This document shows positions 52,186 to 63,219 of a stretch of DNA of 64,000 nt, piece by piece; the first letter of the stretch is position 1; every line of letters starts with the position of its first letter. Origin of the DNA: a virus. The stretch is from positions 1-64,000 of the IMG/VR virus record IMGVR_UViG_3300033145_001156. The stretch is one strand, 5' to 3'. The translations under genes were made by a program, and so were the position numbers. The notes beneath the pieces were generated by a model, which saw only the letters and a program-made list of their open reading frames with translations, did not search any database and was not told the DNA's origin.

Positions 52186-53195
52186 ATTACATGGCTATTC
52201 TGGAGGGGGCGTGGCAGCAGCATCTTGAAGAACGTAAGCTGGATGCCCCGACGCTGATAAGCACTTTCGCAGGTTGCGGCGGTTCCTCCCTCGGCTACAG
52301 CATGGCAGGGTTTCGGGAACTCCTGGCAGTCGAATGGGATGACAATGCAGTCGCAACGTTCAAGTTGAACTTTCCAGACGTGCCGGTCTATCATGGTGAC
52401 ATTCACAAGCTGACAGTTGAAAAGTGCTTGGAAATGATCGGCCTGCAACCTGGGGAGATTGACCTTCTGGATGGTTCACCGCCTTGTCAGGGATTCAGTA
52501 CGGCAGGCAAGCGCAAGATGGAGGACAAGCGCAATCAACTTTATATGGAGTTTATCCGATTGCTCAGGGGGTTAAGGCCGAAGGTGTTCGTGATGGAGAA
52601 TGTGAGCGGCCTGGTCAAGGGCAAGATGAAGCTGGTGTTTGCTGACATCATGCAGGAGATGAAGGCAAGCGGTTATAGGGTCAGGTGCAAGTTGCTCAAT
52701 GCGATGTACTTTCAGGTTCCGCAGAGTAGACAACGACTGATATGGATCGGGGTTAGGGATGATTTGGGAATTGAAGTGAGCTTTCCGAAGGCAGAGCATA
52801 GACCGATAACAGCGGGGCAAGCTATTGTCGGGGCTGATTCTATGCCTCTTGGGAGACCGACATTAGCAGTTCGTAATGTTAGCCGACAAATACGACCAGG
52901 TGAAGGGGCGGGCAAGTATACTAAACATGGTACGGCTTTTAGCGTGATCCGTCTCGATGAACGAAGACCAGCACCAACGTTGACAAAGTCATTAGCTGGG
53001 ATGAGTGGAATTATGCAGCCGACAGGGGATAGCTATCTATCAGCAGCACAGATCAAAAGACTAGCAAGCTACCCAGGTTCATTTCGATTGATGGGTGCTG
53101 CTACTAGAAAGTGGGCATGTATTGGTAATTCCGTTCCGCCCCTCTTCATGCGGGCAATTGCAAAACATATCAGAACAGAGATATTGAAAGCATAA
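52173..53195 (+). CDS. DNA (cytosine-5) methyltransferase
   Basis: FAGCGG, GSPPCQGFS, ENV, QSRQR, IGNSVPP. Confidence 0.95.
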   Translation: MAQVDYMAILEGAWQQHLEERKLDAPTLISTFAGCGGSSLGYSMAGFRELLAVEWDDNAVATFKLNFPDVPVYHGDIHKLTVEKCLEMIGLQPGEIDLLDGSPPCQGFSTAGKRKMEDKRNQLYMEFIRLLRGLRPKVFVMENVSGLVKGKMKLVFADIMQEMKASGYRVRCKLLNAMYFQVPQSRQRLIWIGVRDDLGIEVSFPKAEHRPITAGQAIVGADSMPLGRPTLAVRNVSRQIRPGEGAGKYTKHGTAFSVIRLDERRPAPTLTKSLAGMSGIMQPTGDSYLSAAQIKRLASYPGSFRLMGAATRKWACIGNSVPPLFMRAIAKHIRTEILKA

Positions 53196-53364
53196 CAGAA
53201 ATAGGGTTAGGACCCAAGTTATTGGAATCATGAGGCGCAACGATGGGAGCGGTTAAGTTTATGTCAACAAATGAAACACAGGCGTGCGAGTGGTTTGCTG
53301 TACATGTCTCAGAAAGTGAGTATGATTTGTTTGCCTTGGTAACTGTTTGCATAGTTGGTGCATA

Positions 53365-53922
53365 ATGGGCAGACGCAGAGAACTGGCAGAACTAAGGCGG
53401 GACAGGCGAAGGATAGCTACTCTATATCTCAGAGGTAAACTTCAAACGGAAATCGCTGAAGAGCTAGGGATCAATCAGTCAACTGTAAGCCGTGATTTGA
53501 AAGCGCTTCAGAAGGAATGGCTGGAAGACACCAAGATTGACTTCGACAAGGCTAAAGCCAGAGAGATTGCCAAGATTGATAACCTCGAACGCATTTACCA
53601 TGTTGCTTGGATACGCAGTTGTGAGGATGCTGAGACTATTCGTAAGAAGAAGGCAGAAGTTGCTGGGGTAGAGCGTAAAGAGATCGTCACTACTGCTAAG
53701 GGGCAGGTAGGTGATCCTCGTTTTTTGACGGGGGTACAGTGGTGTATTGAGCGGCGCTGTAAAGTGTTGGGCATTGATGCGCCAACGAAGATAGCACCGA
53801 CAGATCCGACAGGGGAGAAGGAATATACAGGGCTTACGGACGAAGAGCGAAATAGACGGATATGTGCGCTCCTTGGGATCAAGCCAGAGGGTGAAGCTAG
53901 ATCGGATACTTCTGACGAGTGA
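53365..53922 (+). CDS. terS: Terminase small subunit (HTH)
   Basis: QTEIAEELGINQSTVSRDL; IERRCKVLGIDAP; immediately upstream of TerL. Confidence 0.75.
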   Translation: MGRRRELAELRRDRRRIATLYLRGKLQTEIAEELGINQSTVSRDLKALQKEWLEDTKIDFDKAKAREIAKIDNLERIYHVAWIRSCEDAETIRKKKAEVAGVERKEIVTTAKGQVGDPRFLTGVQWCIERRCKVLGIDAPTKIAPTDPTGEKEYTGLTDEERNRRICALLGIKPEGEARSDTSDE

Positions 53923-55417
53923 CGTTTTCAAGAAGGTATACCGTGATGACAGGGCGGCTTTCGTCTGGGACTGCATAGACTGGCAAGCTCCCATTCTGAA
54001 AGGCGAGACGATGGCGGCCTACCAGGAGGAGATACTGTCTGAGCTGGACGTCAGGGAGAGAGTGTCTGTTCGGGGGCCCCACGGTCTCGGGAAAACTGCG
54101 CTGGCAGCTTGGAATGTTTTGCATTTCGCGTTGACGAGGGATGGGGAGGATTGGAAGGTTCCCACGTTGGCGTCCGTCTGGCGGCAACTTGTTGAGTACC
54201 TTTGGCCTGAGGTACATAAATGGGCATCCATATTGAGATGGGACAAGATAGGGAGGAATCCTTTTGGTGATCAGTTGATGGTATTGCGGCTCCGGTTGTC
54301 TACGGGGGCCGCTTTTGCTGTTGCGGCAAAAGACCCTGGGTTGATCGAGGGAGCTCATGCAGAGCAAATGTTGTACGTTTTTGATGAGAGTAAGTCTATT
54401 GCCGACAGGATGTGGGATGCTGCTGAGGGTGCGTTCGCGTCTGGCGACGTCAAGTGGTTTGCCATTAGCACGCCTGGGGAGACGCAGGGCAGGTTCTGGC
54501 AGATACAGGCGCGCAAGAAGGGCTACCACGACTGGTGGGTGAGGCACGTCACACTGGAGGAGGCTCTTGCTGCTGGGCGGATGCGCCCCAAGTGGGTCGA
54601 GGAAAGGAAGCTACAATGGGGGGAGCAGTCTCCCATCTACCAGAACCGCGTGCTGGGGGAATTCGCGGACTCGCCCTCGGACGCCATCATACCGCTGACT
54701 TGGGTGGAGGCGGCCAACGAGCGCTGGCGGGAGTGGGACAAGGAGGGGGTGCTGACGGCGGTCGGGGTGGACGTCGGGGGCGGGCTGGCCACGGGGAACA
54801 AGAGCGTGATAGCTAAGGCGTACGACAGGTTCAAGATCGCCGAGCTGGTGAAGATACCCATGGCGAGCGACCCGAAAGTAGCGACGATGGAACTCACCGG
54901 GAGGATAGTCGCGATGCTGCGGGGCACAGATGCGACAGCGGTGGTGGACTCGATAGGGATAGGGGCCGGGGTGCTGCACAGGCTGTGCGAGCTGGAGTAC
55001 AAGGCCATCGACTTCGTGGCGGGCAGGAAGACGTCCCTGATGGACCAGGTGGATTCGTACGGGTTCAGGAACTGGAGGTCCGCCGCATGGTGGATAACCA
55101 GGGAGCTGCTGGAGCCGGACAGCGGGTACGACGTGTGCCTGCCGCCGGACGACGAGCTGACGGGCGACCTGACGACGCCGAAGTGGAAGCCGGTGAGCGC
55201 CGGGCTAATCCTCGTCGAGCCGAAGGACAAGGTGAAGGACAGGCTCCCGGAGGGGCGGTCGACGGACTGCGGGGATGCCGTGGTGCAGGTGCTGGTGGGG
55301 AAGACGCTGGAGAACGCCCGTCTGCTGGAGGAGGTCAGGAGGAAGAAGCCGAAGGTGAAGAGCGTGTGGGCACCGGGGTACAGGATAGGGAAGGGGTTGA
55401 CGAGGGGGAGAGGATGA
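53864..55417 (+). CDS. terL: Terminase large subunit
   Basis: YQ Q-motif, GPHGLGKT, YVFDES, ISTP, RVLGEF, nuclease VGVDVG...STDCGDA. Confidence 0.92.
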   Translation: MRSLGSSQRVKLDRILLTSDVFKKVYRDDRAAFVWDCIDWQAPILKGETMAAYQEEILSELDVRERVSVRGPHGLGKTALAAWNVLHFALTRDGEDWKVPTLASVWRQLVEYLWPEVHKWASILRWDKIGRNPFGDQLMVLRLRLSTGAAFAVAAKDPGLIEGAHAEQMLYVFDESKSIADRMWDAAEGAFASGDVKWFAISTPGETQGRFWQIQARKKGYHDWWVRHVTLEEALAAGRMRPKWVEERKLQWGEQSPIYQNRVLGEFADSPSDAIIPLTWVEAANERWREWDKEGVLTAVGVDVGGGLATGNKSVIAKAYDRFKIAELVKIPMASDPKVATMELTGRIVAMLRGTDATAVVDSIGIGAGVLHRLCELEYKAIDFVAGRKTSLMDQVDSYGFRNWRSAAWWITRELLEPDSGYDVCLPPDDELTGDLTTPKWKPVSAGLILVEPKDKVKDRLPEGRSTDCGDAVVQVLVGKTLENARLLEEVRRKKPKVKSVWAPGYRIGKGLTRGRG

Positions 55418-56027
55418 TGGAGCACAAGTGCGAGGCGAATGAGGGCGGTACTCACGTAGAGTTCTGGCCCAAAGATCAGAAATGGCATTTGAGTACTTGC
55501 GGAACTCTCTTATATTGTCCCTACTGCGGCATCAAGCTGGAGAAGCCAGATGAGAAGATCGAGGTGAGCCGGAACGCGTTGAGAGAGGTTGTCGATCAGT
55601 TGTGGATAGTCCATGAAGAAGATGCTTGGGGGGGGCATCGCACAGATGCTCCCGAGAGGGTCTTTGCTCAATGCCAACGGATCAACAAGATGCTGCGGGA
55701 TGCAGAGCGCGAGGAGGGGGGATGATGGAGCACGAGCACAGATGTACAAAGAGTGCGAGTGTCAGAATTCTATGGCGTACCGATCACTGGAGTATCGTAG
55801 ATTCTACAGGCTGGCCGCGTTTCGGTATCACTCACTGCCCCTACTGCGGCGTGAAGCTGGAGCCGCCGGACGTCAAGATTGAGGTGAGCCGGAAGGCACT
55901 ACTAAACTGGGCTAGTCGTTTAGACCTTGCTAATAGCGAATTACTAGGGGGCTGGCTGAGAACAGAAGTTAGTACTTTCATTGGGGCAATTGCAATTTGT
56001 ATCAGGACGGCAGCACTCAATGACTGA
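55414..56027 (+). other. Two tandem paralogous CDSs (55414..55725, 55722..56027)
   Basis: Shared MMEH.. start and CPYCG.KLE.PD.KIEVSR.AL block. Confidence 0.7.
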
Positions 56028-57133
56028 GCGCGAGGAGGGGGGATGATGTGGACTGACGTGTACGACAAGTGGGGTACTGGGGAGCATGAGGACGTTCCGT
56101 GCAAGTTTGCGGGGCAGACGATAATGTTGAGCAGGGAGAAATGCGAAGCCGGGCTGGGTGACTTGGTGAAGGAGTACGTTCGCATCCTGCGCACCCCGTG
56201 GTGGCGGAGGACGTTCGGCTGGGGGTTCGCGGAGAAGTTTCTGCGGAAGCGCCTGAACGTCTCCATCCTTGAATGGCATAAGTAGGATTTTGCGTAAAGT
56301 TCAGGAGGAAGCGATGATGTTGCCTGGCAGTTTGGTGGCCGAGATGGTAGATGCGACAATAACAGGAAACATAGTACTATTCTTCCCCCACGAGATACCA
56401 GAACAGTTTCCTGGAGTAACTGGCAAGTTGCTGTGCCATGCACCACCATTGGAAGATGGTGGTCTTAGACATGCTTTCGTGTATCTAGGGCCGGAGCAAG
56501 CGGACGAGGCCGGGTTCTGCCATGTGTGCGGAGAGTTTCAGTTGCCTATTGTTGTTCTTGCGAACTCGTGGTCTGCGTGTGGATATTGTGGCAGTAAGCG
56601 CCTTGTGCGCGAAGTTCAGGGGGTAATGATGAGGGGGATAAAGTCGTATTGGTGGCAGTGCGACGTCTGCAAGAAGACCGCAGAGACGAGACAAGATAAG
56701 TTACCGCTAGGGTGGATGCCTGCCTACGGGATGCACGTGTGTTCTGAGGAATGCAAGCAGAAGATGATCAAGATTCAGTCTGAGGTCTACTGCATCGGTC
56801 CTGGGGAGACCTTGGATTTCGAGACGATGAGCATCATTGACTGGCAGGTAGGTGAGGGTAAGTTGTACCTGACTGTTGATGAGGGGAGAATGGGGTAGAT
56901 GGGTGAGAAGAGGATATGCTACCACCTGTTCCTCGTGCCGACGGCATGGGACCAAAAGAGGCCGGGGCCATGCGAGGTCAACTCTTGCAGGTGCGGGCAG
57001 AACTGGACGTGCCCCGTGTGCGGGTACGGGCAGGGTTCGTGGCCGCACGTGTGTGACATGCCGGACGGGGAGCACGAGAGATTGTTGAAGCGGAGCCTGG
57101 TGGAGAATGCAGACATATGGAGGGCGTTGGCAG

Positions 57134-57418
57134 ATGCGTGACGAGACGTTGTTCCTGGAGTGCGAGTGCCACAGCGACGAGCACGTCCTGAGGTGGAGCC
57201 TGGTTGCCGATCCCAAGTGGCCCGCCTTGTACACCTCGGTGTTCTTGTGCCAGTACAGGAACGTGTTCAAGCGAGTATGGGTTGCCGTCAAGTACGTCCT
57301 TGGGTACAAGTGCAGGTATGGGCATTAGGACTGCTTCGAGTTGAACCCAAAGGACATAGGGCGGATGATAGCCCTGCTGGAGGTATACCGGGAGGCAGTG
57401 CATGGTGGAGAGTCTTGA
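57134..57418 (+). pseudogene. Small Cys-rich gene with an in-frame TAG at 57326-28
   Basis: ...YKCRYGH*DCFELNPKDIGRMIALLEVY...; frame stays open to a stop overlapping the next gene. Confidence 0.55.
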
Positions 57419-60400
57419 GGAGGCTGCCGAGTCGGTGGGGAAGGTCGACTGGGACCAGTTCGTGGCAACCATCTGCGAGAGTCGGGAGCGGGTGATCGAG
57501 GAGTTCTGCTGGTGGGCGGAACATTGCGGGGAAGCGCTCGCAGAAGCTTATGCCTTGTGGGAGGAGTCTTGTGGTAGACCTCCGATGACCAAGAACGAGA
57601 AGAAGCAGGCGTGGTTCAACTACGTGCGTGAAAGGGAGAGGGATGGGCAAGGCGTTCGAGATGAATGACGATGGTTGGTCGTCCCACGGGACATAGCCAT
57701 CAGGCTGGGAAGAGGAGGGTGAGGATGAGTGAGATGCTGCGGTGCGGGGACTGCGCGCTGTTCGAGCGGGGCGGCACGGCTGCCCTTTACAATTGGTGGG
57801 GTGACTGTGAGGTAAGCCCGGATCCCCTCTCGGTGCATGGCTCGGACGAGGCCTGCAAGAAATTCAAGCCGAAGGGGGAACCCGAGCTACTGGCGGAGAA
57901 GGTATACGAATGGGACATAGGTGACTTTAAGATGCACGAGACTGGGGATGTGCAGGAGCTGCCAGTGGAAGACGCGTGTATCAATATCTTTGATTCTGCG
58001 CCTGTGCGGTTAGGAGGATATAAGGCAGTATACATTTATCGATTCCCTTGGCTTGCGTTCAAGCCCAAAGGTTGGCGGCAGTGGGTTGTCTTCCTGTGGG
58101 GGACGGACGTCTGGTTCGGGCGGTGGCCGTTCTGCAAGTGCCTGTTCGCGGCCAACGTCCTGGTCTGGATGCTGGGGTGGGTGATGGGATGAGCAGGGTC
58201 CATCAGGTCAAGTGCGACGGTTGCAGGAAGATACAGGAGGACACGCGGGACAACGCCATGCCAGAGTGGAGGGACCCGGACAGGTGGGACGGCTGGTGGT
58301 CGCTGGACGTGGCAGGAGACGGTCGGGAGCACTACGACTTGTGCTGCCTCAAGTGCCTGAAGGAGTGGGTGGGGAATAGGGTTGAGTACTGGGAGCGATA
58401 CGAAAAGGAGGCTGTTGACTTGAAAGTGGATCAGGGGAGGGCGATGCAGTGAATAACCAGGTGCAAAACTTGTCAGTTCTCAGGAGGGCGGCATGAGGAG
58501 GGTAACTTGGGCTCGTTGGATTGAGCTGTGTACTGATGATTGCGATTTTGAGTGCTATGTAGAAGATAGTCGGCTCTTCGCGATACCAAGAACTGGCAAG
58601 GTGTTTGAGATTCTCATGCCAGGGCACTGGGAGAAGCTGCGCGGCGGCCCATTCATTCGTCACGGGGGCGACCTCAGCTTCCATTGCGCCTGTGGCAAGC
58701 CCGTAGTGTTAGCTGACGAGGCTATCATGGACTGTTCATGCGGACGGCGATATCGGTTGCCACCCGCAGAAGTGGAAGTATGGAGGGAACGATGAAGAAG
58801 CTGGAGGAGAGATTGGAGAGGGAGGATGATGGGTGCGGGGAGTGGAGGCCCCGTTCCGTATTTGCAGCTACCCGATACAGAATAGAAAACGGGGAGGAGG
58901 TGATACTTGGGGACAAGGTACTTCCTGACTGTGAGCTGCCTTCAATGCGGGAGAACTAATAATGATATTTACTACGCCCCGACGTGCGGCTTCCTGACCC
59001 ACAAGTGCGACCACTGCGGGGTGGAGTTCGACATCGAGGCCCAGCTCTGCGAGAGGGAGAGGACGGAACTCAGGCGGCAGCAGGAGGAGCACAGTGCGAT
59101 GATAGAGAGGATGGTGGAGGGTTTTGGACGGAGTGGTGCCGTCATTGACTTGGAGGACTTCACATAAAATGGCGAGGGCTATGAGTTGGCAGAACACCTT
59201 GCGCAAAGCGCAGAGGGGGAGTGACAAGTGATAACGCGGAAATTCTCTTGCGGGAGCGGTTGTTCTTTTTATCATGCGATATACGTTGAAGGCCTGAACA
59301 GGGGCTACATCTGCCTCGCTCAACCCGGAGAAGAACCAGAAGGTTGTCCGATGGTGAGGCCCGTCATTGATGGAGACTATGTGCACATTCATTGCCCATC
59401 ATGCTATGCTTGCGTGCCCATCGTTGAAGGGGGATACGAGGTTTGCGACAAATATGATAAGCCGTTTGGGCGGATGGACCAACAAGTAGATTCCTGCGTG
59501 GGGTGTCCGTTTTATCACCCAAACAAGAAGGCGGGTGGATGGCTTGAGTCGCGGGAAGACTTAATAAAAGAGCTTCACAGGCTTCGTACAGAGTTGCTTC
59601 GTGCAGCGAGGAGGGCAGAGCGGGCAGAGAAAGAGATCAAAGACAAGGCGACGGAAGAGCATGAGGGTTTTATGTAGCCATTAGAGATGGCGTGGAGTTC
59701 AAGTTGGTTAAGTGTGCGAGGTGTCGCAAGTGTGGAAACATCAACGACATGCGGTTAGTCTCGTGTTCTTGGATGCACAAGAAGTGAGACTTTGCGCAAA
59801 GTGAGGAGGTCTAATGTCTGAATGGAACTGGAGTGATGTTCGCGAGCCGATAGAGAAGCTACTGCGGGAGAAGTATGGTGTAGGGTTGGAATCGGTCACG
59901 GTGGTGAGGACTGCCCGCTCGAACTGGCATGCCCACGTTCCGGCAGGTCTTACGTTCGTGCCTACCCGATACCGAAACGTTGACAGGAAGGGTGTGAGGG
60001 CATGGCTGTGGCGCTTCTTCGGGAAGGTGCTTGGGAAGCCCCGCTGGGGGCAAGACAAGGTGATGCTGGAGCCCATGTGTCCTCACGAAGTGGAGGAGAT
60101 CCAGTTGTCGCAATACACCGCTAAAGATCCGTGTGGTGTTGAATACAGATGGTGGATGGGATACGGCCCGGAGTCGAAGGTCCTGGCTATCGGTGATTGG
60201 GAAGGTTCGACTGGCTTTGCGCAAAGCAGGAAGGGGGAAAGAGATGCTGACGATGGAGCATCGGCCCAAGATCGAGAAGGCGTATGAGGATGCGATTGTT
60301 GAAGTCAAGGAAGGGAGAAAATGATGAAGTGGCCGGGGATGGGTGAATATGGTGATGTCAATGAGGGAGAGGGGTCGGTTCACCTTCCGTTCACTCAGGT

Positions 60401-60607
60401 GGATGTGGAGTTCTTTCCGAAACTCATGTACGGCTATAGGGGCTACACATGGCCCGACGACCTGTGTCCGCACGTGAAGGACAACAAGATTGAGCGGGTT
60501 TTGGTGCTGACCAGCCAAGACGGCTACACCGGCGCGGGGATATGCCTGGACTGCCTGATGGAGTGGGCGGAGCGGAACCGCAGCAGGATATGGAAGGGAG
60601 AAGGCGA

Positions 60608-61858
60608 GTGAAGAAGGTGGCGTTCCTGACGACGTTCTTCGAGGTCGAGAGCGGGTATTCCCTGGTGGCGGTGACGGAGACCCAGATCAGGATGCTGTTG
60701 GACCACGGGTACGAGCCGGTCGTCCTGGTGCAGGAGGACTTCAAGCCCCACGGGATGTGGGCCCCGGAGATGCTGGACGTGCGCCCCGTGATCCCCAGAT
60801 TGAAGCTGACGCAGGGGGTCGCCAAGGACTTCGAGGAACGAGTGAACAGGATACAGGAGGCGCTGGAGGAGAACCTGGAGGGGGTCGACGTCTGCATCAC
60901 GCAGGACATCATCCTCCAGGCATTCTACAAGGAGCACAACGTGGCCATGAGGCGATACGCCAGGCGGCACGAGCTCCTGTGGCTGCACTGGATACACTCG
61001 TGCCCGAGCGCGGGGGACCAGGGGAAGTACCCCGGCAACTGCCGGTTCACCCCTCCCCCGGGCTACATCGTGTACCCCAACTCGTCCGATAAGTCGCTGG
61101 TGGTGGGCGCTTACGGGCTAGGCGGTCAGGAGTGGCGGGTGAAAGTGAGCAGGGCTGGCCACTCGATAGACCCGATGCTGCTGTGGCCCTACGACGAGCT
61201 GACGCGGGACCTCGTCTCCAAGTTCGCTCTCCACCAGGGGGACGTGTCCGTCGTGTACCCCGCCAGGCTGGACAGGGGGAAGCAGCCCGAGAAGATCATA
61301 CGGCTGCTGGCGGGGGTCAAGAAGTTGGGCTACACCCCCAGGCTCCTGGTCATCGACTGGCAGTCGATGGGCAAGAGGTTCCAGAAATACATAGACGAGC
61401 TGCTGGAGCTGGCCAGGGAGTTGGGGCTGGAGGGGGAGGTCGCGTTCACGAGCAGGCTGGACGACAGGTGCTCCCAGGGCGTCCCGAGGAGGATCGTCGT
61501 CGAGCTGATGGACTTATCCAACGTGTACGTCCACCCCTCTAGGGTCGAGACTTACTCGTTCGTCGTGCATGAGGCCATGCTCAGGGGCTGCCTGTGCGTC
61601 CTGAACCACGACCTGCCCATGATGCGGGAGCTGTACGGGGACGCGGCGATATACATGGACTTCAGCAGCGACAGAATGAGTCGTAAATATCAGCCCGATG
61701 AGCAGTCGTTCTGGGACGACGAGGCCAAGAGGCTGATGGCTGAGTTGGGGCAGAACAGGGCGCTAGCGGCGAGGCAGAAGGCACGGAAGGAGTGGACGCC
61801 CCAGGCACTGTGGAAACAATTCGAGCCCCTGCTTTTCCTAATACCAGTAGGTGAATAA
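60608..61858 (+). CDS. GT-B glycosyltransferase (GT4-like)
   Basis: YPARLDRGKQPE, VYVHPSRVETYSFVVHEAMLRG. Confidence 0.88.
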   Translation: MKKVAFLTTFFEVESGYSLVAVTETQIRMLLDHGYEPVVLVQEDFKPHGMWAPEMLDVRPVIPRLKLTQGVAKDFEERVNRIQEALEENLEGVDVCITQDIILQAFYKEHNVAMRRYARRHELLWLHWIHSCPSAGDQGKYPGNCRFTPPPGYIVYPNSSDKSLVVGAYGLGGQEWRVKVSRAGHSIDPMLLWPYDELTRDLVSKFALHQGDVSVVYPARLDRGKQPEKIIRLLAGVKKLGYTPRLLVIDWQSMGKRFQKYIDELLELARELGLEGEVAFTSRLDDRCSQGVPRRIVVELMDLSNVYVHPSRVETYSFVVHEAMLRGCLCVLNHDLPMMRELYGDAAIYMDFSSDRMSRKYQPDEQSFWDDEAKRLMAELGQNRALAARQKARKEWTPQALWKQFEPLLFLIPVGE

Positions 61859-63219
61859 TGAATATCATTGTTACAGGCACTGGTCGGTGCGGTACAGGAT
61901 TTATGGCCAGGTGGTTATCTAGTGCTGGTATCAAATGTACTCACGAAGGAGTGTTTAACACTAAGGGTTGGGACTACGCGCTAGAGCAGATACGGTTGCG
62001 GTTGGCCAATCCCTATTGGGGCTGGCAAGCTGATTCATCATGGCTTGCCGCTCCATGGCTAGGGCAACCAGAGCTTAAAGATATGACTGTGATTCATGTT
62101 GTGCGTCATCCCAAGCCAACTATAGATTCGTTCTTGCGACTAATTTTGTATGCTAACAACCGACCATATTTTGACTGGGCGGCCCAGTTCCTTCCTAGAT
62201 TGAGGGAACTAAATCCAGTAGATAGTATGGTTTACTGGTATATAACTTTGAACGAGATGATAGAACCATATGCCCACTATCGACATATGGTAGAAGATAG
62301 TACCATGTCACTAGAACGGTTCTTAGGCATAGATATAGAACCTGAGAAGCTCTATAATAATACTCTATACAACACTAGGGCTGGTCTTGGCCCATCAAAT
62401 ATTAGACTAGAAGACATCAACTCAGAGTTAAGAGATAAGCTACTAGCCATGACAGACAAATATGGATACGAATGGGATGATGCTTTTGTACCCGAGACCA
62501 TAGAGGCTACGTGGTGGGCAGGACAATCTATATTACTAGATTCAAGATCAGGCTACCTTGGTGGTTCTTGGCAGTGGCGTGACACTAACGGAAAACCATT
62601 AGCCTATGATGGTGATCTCGTTAAGTTCTTCTATGAACAAACACTCTCAGTGGAACACCCATTCGTAGTAGACGTTGGGGCTAGCACGGGTAGCTTTACC
62701 CTGTTACCCTTGTTACATCCAACAATGAATGTCTTGGCATTTGAACCTAACCCTATGGCATTTAGTGTGTTAGAGAGCAATATTAAATTGCATAACCTTC
62801 AAGATAGAACATCGCTGTGTCAAATAGCACTATCAGATACTAATGGAACAGGAACACTAAAGGTTCCCGAAGGCAGCACCCATATGGCTATTGGATGTTT
62901 GGGATCGCCAAGGCCACGCGGACTTGAATGGTATGATGTGCCTGTGGAAATCAAAAGTCTAGATAGCTATAACCTCCCAGTATTAGATTTCCTTAAGATT
63001 GATACCGAGGGAAATGAACTGAATGTTTTGAAGGGTGGCGAGGTTACAATTAAAAGGTTCTTGCCATCAATATTGCTAGAATATCAAGCACTTAATACTA
63101 GACAGTTTGGGTACGAGCCTGAGAAGATAATTGAGTTGCTAGAAAGCTGGGGTTATGACCATTTTGAACACGTAGGGATAGAGGACATCTATGTTAGTTG
63201 CGATCATAACGACTCTTGA
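61858..63219 (+). CDS. Sulfotransferase-like domain fused to FkbM-family methyltransferase
   Basis: VTGTGRCGT and HVVRHP (PAPS-binding-like); VDVGASTG, AFEP, FLKIDTEGNE..VL.G. Confidence 0.8.
   Translation: MNIIVTGTGRCGTGFMARWLSSAGIKCTHEGVFNTKGWDYALEQIRLRLANPYWGWQADSSWLAAPWLGQPELKDMTVIHVVRHPKPTIDSFLRLILYANNRPYFDWAAQFLPRLRELNPVDSMVYWYITLNEMIEPYAHYRHMVEDSTMSLERFLGIDIEPEKLYNNTLYNTRAGLGPSNIRLEDINSELRDKLLAMTDKYGYEWDDAFVPETIEATWWAGQSILLDSRSGYLGGSWQWRDTNGKPLAYDGDLVKFFYEQTLSVEHPFVVDVGASTGSFTLLPLLHPTMNVLAFEPNPMAFSVLESNIKLHNLQDRTSLCQIALSDTNGTGTLKVPEGSTHMAIGCLGSPRPRGLEWYDVPVEIKSLDSYNLPVLDFLKIDTEGNELNVLKGGEVTIKRFLPSILLEYQALNTRQFGYEPEKIIELLESWGYDHFEHVGIEDIYVSCDHNDS

Noticed and set aside
57326-57328. TAG stop-codon reassignment
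   Set aside because: Many genes end cleanly at TAG and long genes are uninterrupted in code 11; a single case fits a point mutation
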